IMG/VR virus record: IMGVR_UViG_3300046804_000544
Location: 68,917 to 132,916 of that record
Strand: one strand, 5' to 3'
Length of the DNA stretch: 64,000 bases
Origin: a virus
Of this stretch, positions 57,997 through 64,000 are shown piece after piece. The notes below the pieces were generated by a model. That model saw only the letters and a program-made list of their open reading frames with translations, was not told where the DNA came from and made no database searches. Each line of letters begins with the position of its first letter. Position 1 is the first letter of the stretch. The translations under genes were made by a program, and so were the position numbers.

Positions 57997-58404
57997 TTAG
58001 CTTTCTGTGTCCGTTTGGTTATCCGCATTTTGGCGATTCATAGCCTTGACAAGCCCATATTTTCGTATGTCGTCAGAAAACAACATCAGCTCAAATGATT
58101 TGCGTTCTGAAAATACAGTAATACTTTGGTTGGTTAAGTAATAAGGGCTGTCCATAGTCCGATCAAAAAATATGATAGTTTGAGGGCTTAAATCAATTGG
58201 CTCAGTAAACGGAATCTCGTAACATTGTAAATCCAATTCTTGTGTCAAAAATTCAAATCCATCTTCACTTAGACGAAGACCGCCTACTTCTTTTGAACGA
58301 TGACTTTGCCACCATTTAAATAGATGCAGTTTGACATTGGCTGCATCTATGCTACGATCTTTTTGTTGAAGAAATATTTTGGTATAAGTTTCTTTTGATA
58401 TCAT
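57997..58404 (-). CDS. Hypothetical protein
   Basis: ATGA overlap with 58401 gene. Confidence 0.7.
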   Translation of the reverse strand: MISKETYTKIFLQQKDRSIDAANVKLHLFKWWQSHRSKEVGGLRLSEDGFEFLTQELDLQCYEIPFTEPIDLSPQTIIFFDRTMDSPYYLTNQSITVFSERKSFELMLFSDDIRKYGLVKAMNRQNADNQTDTES

Positions 58405-58685
58405 TTAATCACTTTACCAGAAGTCAGTTCTACAACTTCAAAATCTTTACAGCCAAACATTTGATTCATCTTTTTGGCTAGATTATGTGCATGTCCGGGA
58501 TTGCTAAAACTTACTTTTTTATATTTAGGTCCTGGATAACTGGTAAGACTATTTGAGCTTTTAAGATTGAACGGTCGTCCTTTGTAGAACACAGCCCAAA
58601 TAGCCTCTGCTTCGAGAACTTGCTCGCACTTGTAATTTTTTTTGTTAAGGTGTTCTAAAAGCACCTTGGGCTTTGGTCTACTCAT
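58401..58685 (-). CDS. Hypothetical basic protein, predicted late-only translation
   Basis: Late motif and RBS hairpin upstream. Confidence 0.7.
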   Translation of the reverse strand: MSRPKPKVLLEHLNKKNYKCEQVLEAEAIWAVFYKGRPFNLKSSNSLTSYPGPKYKKVSFSNPGHAHNLAKKMNQMFGCKDFEVVELTSGKVIK

Positions 58686-58686
58686 T

Positions 58687-58718
58687 TATGCGTCCTTGAA
58701 TAAGTACGCATATATTTA
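58687..58718 (-). promoter_or_regulatory. Late promoter plus RBS-sequestering hairpin
   Basis: TAAATA (58718-58713) followed directly by TATGCGT/ACGCATA 7-bp stem (58712-58687) with extra CTT/AAG pairs masking SD AAGGA. Confidence 0.65.
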
Positions 58719-58725
58719 TCAAAAA

Positions 58726-58968
58726 TTAACCAGTAAACCCACCGCCGTCCATGCTGACAGTAACAGTTCCACTACCTTGATTGCTTTCTAAACGGCGTAA
58801 CAGTGCATCGTAATCTTCAGTCAATCGTGCTGTAACTTCTCCTAGGCAAAATGCTAATGCTTTAGCAGTTTTAATGTCTAGTTTAATTTCGCGTTGTTGA
58901 CTAAGATCTGCTGCCTTAACCTGTTGTTGAAACTGTTGAATTGGAATAGTATTAATCGGATTTAGCAT
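58726..58968 (-). CDS. Hypothetical protein
   Basis: Overlaps upstream gene; tiles operon. Confidence 0.65.
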   Translation of the reverse strand: MLNPINTIPIQQFQQQVKAADLSQQREIKLDIKTAKALAFCLGEVTARLTEDYDALLRRLESNQGSGTVTVSMDGGGFTG

Positions 58969-59428
58969 TGCTCATAGCCTGTCGCATTTCTAGTTCACTT
59001 TTAAACGGTCCTCGATATTCGTAGCGTTCAACAGTGATTAATTTAGGACAAAAACTTTTTACCCAGCCCTTGTCAAACTTAATTGTGTAATAGCCTGCAC
59101 AGTAAAGACTTTTGCTGGCACTGCTTTTAGTAAACAGGGGTAGTTTCTTCTGTATGTTAAACATTGGATTGTAAGGATGACAGCTAGTGGGATATCCGTA
59201 GACATCTCTAATTTCTGCGTGAACAATCTGTGTCTTTTCACTTATTTCAAAAAAGTCTTTGCCAAACTGTTTAACTAATTCATCTTTTTTAGCAAAGTAA
59301 GTTTCACCTTCTTTACTACTTAACATATATTTGTTATTTTCTTTTTTATGTAGAATGGCAACACGTTCGCCGTTTTCTTCGACGATCCAAAATTTACCAT
59401 CTACAATGGGTTTTGCTTTTAAGTTCAT
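58952..59428 (-). CDS. Hypothetical protein
   Basis: ATGA overlap with RNase H stop. Confidence 0.7.
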   Translation of the reverse strand: MNLKAKPIVDGKFWIVEENGERVAILHKKENNKYMLSSKEGETYFAKKDELVKQFGKDFFEISEKTQIVHAEIRDVYGYPTSCHPYNPMFNIQKKLPLFTKSSASKSLYCAGYYTIKFDKGWVKSFCPKLITVERYEYRGPFKSELEMRQAMSNAKSD

Positions 59429-60411
59429 TGTGGATACCTCGCTTGAAAGGGATCAGCATATTGCTGAATGTTGTCTTCGATTTTTTTCAAATCGTAAAGA
59501 TTACAAAATTTAAGTAGTCTAATGCCCACTTGACTAATATTCTTAGGTTCAGCAGTAGCATTAGTAATTGTTCGAGTAATTTCTTCTCTAATGTTTTCGG
59601 GTTGTGCCTTAAGATCAATCAATGTACGGTTGCGTTCATAGCAGTCTAATACACGGTTTTCTCGGCCTTCGTGATCTACCCAACGCTGAAGCATGAGATT
59701 GTTCCATGCCCAGCCTTTCTTATTACGGTCTTCGAACGCTTCTTGTAGACCAACTTTGTTCTTAGTACCTTTGACACGCACACCTGGATATGCACTAAAG
59801 ACGTTGTCACTGCTGTCGCCGCGCATACATTTCTCAAACAGAATCCATTCTGGATTAGGAGCACCAACTGCTTCTTTAGTTTTCTTATCAACTACAGGTT
59901 TACCTTTCTTATCAAAGATACCTTCGTGCGTAGTTGTGGTTTCTTGGACACCATTATACTGACTGACATTAGGCGCAATCAATTGGTGGAAATCACTGTC
60001 TGTTGAAATGATCACATGACTATCGTTAGGATGTGTTTGAATGAACCCTGCAATGAGATCATCTGCTTCTAACTGTGGATGATGCAGAACTGTACAGTTA
60101 GTCTTAGTGCTGATAAACTCTTTGAATGTATCAAATGTTTCCCAGAACAGTTTATCTTCTTCTTGCTCGCGCACAGTCATCGCGGCACGAGTTTCTGCAC
60201 GATTAGCCTTATAAGGCTTGTAAAAATCTTTGCGCCAGCTACGACCTTCAAGACAGAACACTACATGATGACCATTAAAGTCTTGCCATGCCTTTTTGAT
60301 ACTGTTAAAAGTAATATGCATAGCCATGCCTAATTTAATATCTGCGTCACCGCGGATAACATGTCTAGCACGGAAGAATGTATTAGCAGTATCTACTAAA
60401 ATAAAGCTCAT
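59425..60411 (-). CDS. rnh: T4-type RNase H / 5'-3' exonuclease (FEN family)
   Basis: ILVDTANTFFRA, VFCLEGRSWRK, EADDLIA, STDSDF, GDSSDNV. Confidence 0.9.
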   Translation of the reverse strand: MSFILVDTANTFFRARHVIRGDADIKLGMAMHITFNSIKKAWQDFNGHHVVFCLEGRSWRKDFYKPYKANRAETRAAMTVREQEEDKLFWETFDTFKEFISTKTNCTVLHHPQLEADDLIAGFIQTHPNDSHVIISTDSDFHQLIAPNVSQYNGVQETTTTHEGIFDKKGKPVVDKKTKEAVGAPNPEWILFEKCMRGDSSDNVFSAYPGVRVKGTKNKVGLQEAFEDRNKKGWAWNNLMLQRWVDHEGRENRVLDCYERNRTLIDLKAQPENIREEITRTITNATAEPKNISQVGIRLLKFCNLYDLKKIEDNIQQYADPFQARYPQ

Positions 60412-60860
60412 TAGCTTACCTCGGATTTACCTTTTGAGATTGGAACAACGTTGATGTAGCCAGCGCCACGGGTAGGATCCATACCAGATTCGGCTAACAT
60501 GTTAGCAGCCAAATCACGGAACCAGCGATCAACAATTTCTTCGTCAGGATCACCGTCAAAACCGTACCCTGCTTGTTTCAATTGTACTATAAAATGCTCG
60601 TTCCAGTCAAGCTCAAAAAATCCATTTCTGATATTATCTTTGTTTACGTGCGTGTCTAGTACAGCTACCCAAGGTTCGCCTCGGGCTGTAGCACGTTCTT
60701 TTGGAGTTAATTTAGCTATCTCTTCGGCTTTAAGTGCTTCTTCTGCGGCTGCTTTGGCTTTGGCTACAGTTTCTTCTGCTTGCTCAATTTGTTTTTGAGT
60801 AGCCGCTAAGGCTTCCTCCATTTCAGTAATGCCAAAAACTTTTTTTAAAAATTTTTTCAT
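60411..60860 (-). CDS. Hypothetical protein with N-terminal coiled coil
   Basis: ATG 60860 with SD GGAG preferred over the upstream start in the ORF track. Confidence 0.7.
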   Translation of the reverse strand: MKKFLKKVFGITEMEEALAATQKQIEQAEETVAKAKAAAEEALKAEEIAKLTPKERATARGEPWVAVLDTHVNKDNIRNGFFELDWNEHFIVQLKQAGYGFDGDPDEEIVDRWFRDLAANMLAESGMDPTRGAGYINVVPISKGKSEVS

Positions 60861-60861
60861 A

Positions 60862-61059
60862 TTATGATCTCCAACTAATTTGCTTCCACATAGTAACCAC
60901 ATCCATATCTATAGGCCACAGAATTCTGTAGAAATTTACTTTGATTTTTTTAGAAAATTTATAATAACGTAAGTTAAGAACTAGATTTCTTAATCTAACA
61001 CTTATAATTAATTCGTATTTGTCGGATAGTTTATAGTATGAAAAATAATTTGACTTCAT
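60862..61059 (-). CDS. Small basic hypothetical protein (65 aa)
   Basis: ATG overlaps queE stop (TAATG) and its stop ends 1 nt before the next ATG; fills the gap exactly. Confidence 0.45.
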   Translation of the reverse strand: MKSNYFSYYKLSDKYELIISVRLRNLVLNLRYYKFSKKIKVNFYRILWPIDMDVVTMWKQISWRS

Positions 61060-61910
61060 TAAGTTCCCCACTCATTTTTAAAGAGCGGAACCTGCAAACG
61101 ATCACTGTATCTAAGTCCGTGTTTCATTGCAAGTTCTGCAACTCGACGATTATTTAGTGTGTAAATTGACTCTACTCCGCCCACTGGCATTAAGTAGCAA
61201 GGTCCTTTGAATCCTGCTGTACGATAAATGTCTAATGTTTCTACAGCTTCTTTTGCGTCATCTTCTGTAGCTATTACAAACTTAAGATATGTATATCCAT
61301 ATTGTTCATATTCGCAAACAACTTCTGGAAGGATAGCTTCTGCTCTGCTTTCACCAGAGCAGCTAAGTTTTGCACTAACACTAAATGTAATACAGCGTTC
61401 GCCTGGCATTGTTTCATACCATTCGTCAATATACTGCTTAAAATCTTCTGTAAGTTTTTGAGTACCGTTAGTCTCAAAAGTAATTTCTTTAAGCTGACGC
61501 ATATAGGAATTGTCTAATAGTGCAGGATAACTGCGCTGCCAACCTAATAAAGGTTCACCGCCTGTGATTACTAGGTGCTCGTCTAACCATGTTTTGTATG
61601 GTAGTATATCAGCAATTCGTTCTGCAATGGCATCTGTTTCTAGTACAGGACTAAGGTCTTTAAATGCAGGATGCCAACTAGCATAACTGTCGCAGCCGGT
61701 GCTGACAAGCGGAAGTTCTTTATAGTCTTTGTAATAATGTACTCTTGCGGCAATGTCGTTTACTTCTGTACTTAATTGACCTTTAGGCATACCAAAACCA
61801 GCACACTTAAAATTACAACCAAATACACGTAAGAAAACAGAAGGGACGCCCATGTAGCGTCCTTCACCTTGTACACTATAAAATAGTTCTGCTACTTTTA
61901 GTTTACTCAT
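61059..61910 (-). CDS. queE: 7-carboxy-7-deazaguanine synthase (radical SAM)
   Basis: ELFYSVQGEG...PSVFLRVFGCNFKC...GCDS, VITGGEPLL, ETNGT, LMPVGG, RLQV. Confidence 0.88.
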   Translation of the reverse strand: MSKLKVAELFYSVQGEGRYMGVPSVFLRVFGCNFKCAGFGMPKGQLSTEVNDIAARVHYYKDYKELPLVSTGCDSYASWHPAFKDLSPVLETDAIAERIADILPYKTWLDEHLVITGGEPLLGWQRSYPALLDNSYMRQLKEITFETNGTQKLTEDFKQYIDEWYETMPGERCITFSVSAKLSCSGESRAEAILPEVVCEYEQYGYTYLKFVIATEDDAKEAVETLDIYRTAGFKGPCYLMPVGGVESIYTLNNRRVAELAMKHGLRYSDRLQVPLFKNEWGT

Positions 61911-62236
61911 TGTTTAAACATTTCCAAATTTATAATTTTTGCTACACGTTCGCCAACATCTTCTCCAGCCGGAATAACATACGTTTGGCTATCGTGTCTA
62001 TCTTTGCGTTCATCGTAGTGACGTACATTAAGTATACGCCCACCGACGGCACTTGTCAACTCAAAGCTGATACGATTTTCACCTTCGGCGCGACTGCGCT
62101 CTACCATTGCTGTGCCCATTTGTAATCCTGACATTTTAATACTTGCTCGTTCTTTCATTTGAGTTTCTTCATAACGGTCTTTATTTGCCCAAGCATCTTT
62201 ACACTTGTTATAAAACCAGCGATCAAACCATTTCAT
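61907..62236 (-). CDS. Hypothetical protein
   Basis: ATGA overlaps on both sides. Confidence 0.7.
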   Translation of the reverse strand: MKWFDRWFYNKCKDAWANKDRYEETQMKERASIKMSGLQMGTAMVERSRAEGENRISFELTSAVGGRILNVRHYDERKDRHDSQTYVIPAGEDVGERVAKIINLEMFKQ

Positions 62237-62784
62237 TTTGTTCCTCCATCAAAAGGCCATTTACTGTTTTCTTCCTGCCATTTCTTCACGTCTTCGGCTA
62301 ACTGTTCTCTTGTGCGTAGCTTAACATTTTCTTCAACGACTGTACCATCTTCTTCGCACAAGCTAACTTGATAAGGGGCATCGATAATTAAATACTCATC
62401 TTCTAGTTGCCAATCGTGTTCTGCATCAAATAACCATGCAGCACCACCCCTTTCATCATTGTCATTAGGATCACAATCAAGATAGCATTGTTTAATATAC
62501 TCCTGTTCTTCTTCAGTAATGTCATCACTAAATTCAAACCAACAAGCATGTTGATCCTCTAGCTCTGCACCCCAACCACAGTCTGTGCGAGCATGAGCCT
62601 GTTTATCACCTTCTAAAGGTAGATTCATATTCATATCTTCTTCAATGAATCCTTGACCCCAGCGATAGTGATCATCAATATTAAACCAACTAATACTGCC
62701 ATCGGCATTTTCTCTGTACATTTCTATGTGCCAGCAAATGCTTTTCTTTTCTAATGGTTTAATTCGATATACTTTAGACATCAT
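62233..62784 (-). CDS. Acidic hypothetical protein (paralogue of 62781)
   Basis: YRIKPLEKKS N-terminus and IDAPYQVSLCEEDGTV C-terminal motif shared with neighbour. Confidence 0.7.
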   Translation of the reverse strand: MMSKVYRIKPLEKKSICWHIEMYRENADGSISWFNIDDHYRWGQGFIEEDMNMNLPLEGDKQAHARTDCGWGAELEDQHACWFEFSDDITEEEQEYIKQCYLDCDPNDNDERGGAAWLFDAEHDWQLEDEYLIIDAPYQVSLCEEDGTVVEENVKLRTREQLAEDVKKWQEENSKWPFDGGTK

Positions 62785-63281
62785 TCTTCCTCAAAGTCAA
62801 TAACGTTACCGTCTTCATCTGCACAAATAATACGCACAGTATTACCATCTTCGTCACAGATTTCAATAGGTCCCCAAATCCAAACTTCTGTTTCGTCTAG
62901 GCTCCACGGATCGTCACATTCTTCTAGAGCATACCAACCTTCTTCTTCAATAAGCTCTTCAAGTCTTTCGCGTTCTTCTTCATCCATGTCTTCAGGCCAT
63001 TCTGTATCTACCCAACAGCCGCCATCGAATAGTTCAACTAGTTCTACATTTTCAATGTTTTCCCCAGGACAGTCATACATATTGATACTGTCTAGTTTGC
63101 CATCTCCGCCAGGCACATAGTCAAACTCAAACTTAGGTTGCTCATCGTCGTTAGTTTCAACTTCAAATTCTGCAAAACGGTATCCGTTAGTACGAATCAT
63201 TGTTCCGTGAACAGAATGTGTCCAAATTTCTCGTTCTTGACAAGATTTTTTGTAATGTGTTTTAACTCGCCAAATAGCCAT
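62781..63281 (-). CDS. Highly acidic hypothetical protein
   Basis: Start at ATG 63281 (SD AAGGT); 50 of 166 residues D/E; WRVKTHYKKS and IWGPIEICDEDGNTV motifs. Confidence 0.7.
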   Translation of the reverse strand: MAIWRVKTHYKKSCQEREIWTHSVHGTMIRTNGYRFAEFEVETNDDEQPKFEFDYVPGGDGKLDSINMYDCPGENIENVELVELFDGGCWVDTEWPEDMDEEERERLEELIEEEGWYALEECDDPWSLDETEVWIWGPIEICDEDGNTVRIICADEDGNVIDFEEE

Positions 63282-63282
63282 G

Positions 63283-63483
63283 TTATACCTTTGCCTTTCT
63301 AGTGCGTTTTGGTTTTTCTTTTGTCTTTCCTTCAACGCTAGCAATTGCTTCTCGGACATCTCTCTGCAGAGCTTCCCAGTCCCAGACAAAGTCTACTCTG
63401 CCATCTTCGTATTCTGTTCTAGTACTATGGCTTCCAACAATAACCTTAGGCCATGTTTCTTCTTTCTTTTTTCTAGTTGCCAT
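63283..63483 (-). CDS. Small hypothetical protein
   Basis: SD AAGGAG upstream; fits between folE and the acidic gene. Confidence 0.7.
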   Translation of the reverse strand: MATRKKKEETWPKVIVGSHSTRTEYEDGRVDFVWDWEALQRDVREAIASVEGKTKEKPKRTRKAKV

Positions 63484-63492
63484 GATATCTCC

Positions 63493-64000
63493 TTATCGTG
63501 GTGCAAATTCTTGTTGTAATTTGATATTATCCATAAATTCTTTTTTAGTTCCAGGGTCTTCTTTGAAAGCACCTTTAAGAACAGTAGTTTGCGTTAGAGA
63601 ACTATGTGCCATAATTCCGCGATTCTCACAGCAACCGTGTGTTGCTTGGATGTAAACTCCTAGGTCTTTGGCTCCTGTAGCCTTTTCGATTTCCCTAGCA
63701 ATATCATTACAAAGTTCCTCCTGGAGAGTACCTCGTCGGGCACACCACTGTGCGATTCGTGTGTACTTGGATAATCCAATAAGTTTTTCAGCAGCCAGAA
63801 TGCCAATATAAGCAACACCAGTAACGGGTTGGTGATGATGACTACACATACTCCTAAGCTCACTGCGAACAACCAACATACCCTCGTAACGGTCCGTTGT
63901 GTCATTTGGAAAACAAGTTGCATCTGGTGCCGGATCATATCTACCTGCCATTATTTCGTTAAAATACATTTTGGCCAGCCTACGTGCTGTGCCTTTTGAG
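63493..64000 (-). CDS. folE: GTP cyclohydrolase I (5' end beyond window)
   Basis: TARRLAKMY, Zn-binding MCSHHHQP, GLSKYTRI, QEEL, HGCCENRG; frame stays open to the window edge. Confidence 0.93.
   Translation of the reverse strand, partial: SKGTARRLAKMYFNEIMAGRYDPAPDATCFPNDTTDRYEGMLVVRSELRSMCSHHHQPVTGVAYIGILAAEKLIGLSKYTRIAQWCARRGTLQEELCNDIAREIEKATGAKDLGVYIQATHGCCENRGIMAHSSLTQTTVLKGAFKEDPGTKKEFMDNIKLQQEFAPR

Noticed and set aside
1761-63938. Many 60-135 aa ORFs antisense to or nested in long genes (e.g. 1761-2171, 8793-9143, 26212-26619, 29098-29487, 33301-33603, 63302-63655)
   Set aside because: They are shadows of strongly biased coding strands, with no RBS or recognisable motifs, and lie fully over well-supported genes.
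1-64000. CRISPR array, tRNA or rRNA genes, transposases
   Set aside because: Intergenic gaps are almost all under 90 nt; no spaced direct repeats, cloverleafs or transposase motifs were seen.
1-64000. Stop-codon reassignment (as in some jumbo phages)
   Set aside because: Standard code gives long, tightly tiling ORFs including a 14.4-kb one; no fragmented genes.

Overview
A gene-dense 64 kb segment of a large T4-like (myovirus-type, probably jumbo) bacteriophage genome in standard genetic code. It has four blocks. (1) 1-4513, minus strand: late sigma factor (gp55-like), gp47/gp46 Mre11/Rad50 recombination nuclease, a small basic Hc1-like protein, a minimal GIY-YIG nuclease and a structured, probably non-coding stretch cut by the left edge. 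(2) 4580-34519, plus strand: baseplate/tail module (gp48/54-, gp53-, hub-, gp5-, gp25-, gp6-like, a 4795-aa wedge/adhesin protein, three paralogous fibre proteins). (3) 34577-53400, plus strand: a tightly coupled 20-gene enzyme cluster with 7 radical SAM proteins (4 with an N-terminal twitch/SPASM-like domain), 4 glycosyltransferase-like proteins, 2 methyltransferases, 2 Fe/2OG oxygenase domains and an SDR. This biosynthetic-looking locus of unknown product is the most notable item. (4) 53390-64000, minus strand: thyX, VWA-metallopeptidase plus MoxR AAA pair, T4-type RNase H, queE, two acidic paralogues and a truncated folE. Regulatory logic is readable in the sequence: three perfect TTGACA-N17-TATAAT promoters, repeated TAA(A/C/G)TA late-promoter motifs, and hairpins at ribosome-binding sites next to late motifs. 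All product calls rest on motif recognition by eye; no database searches were run.
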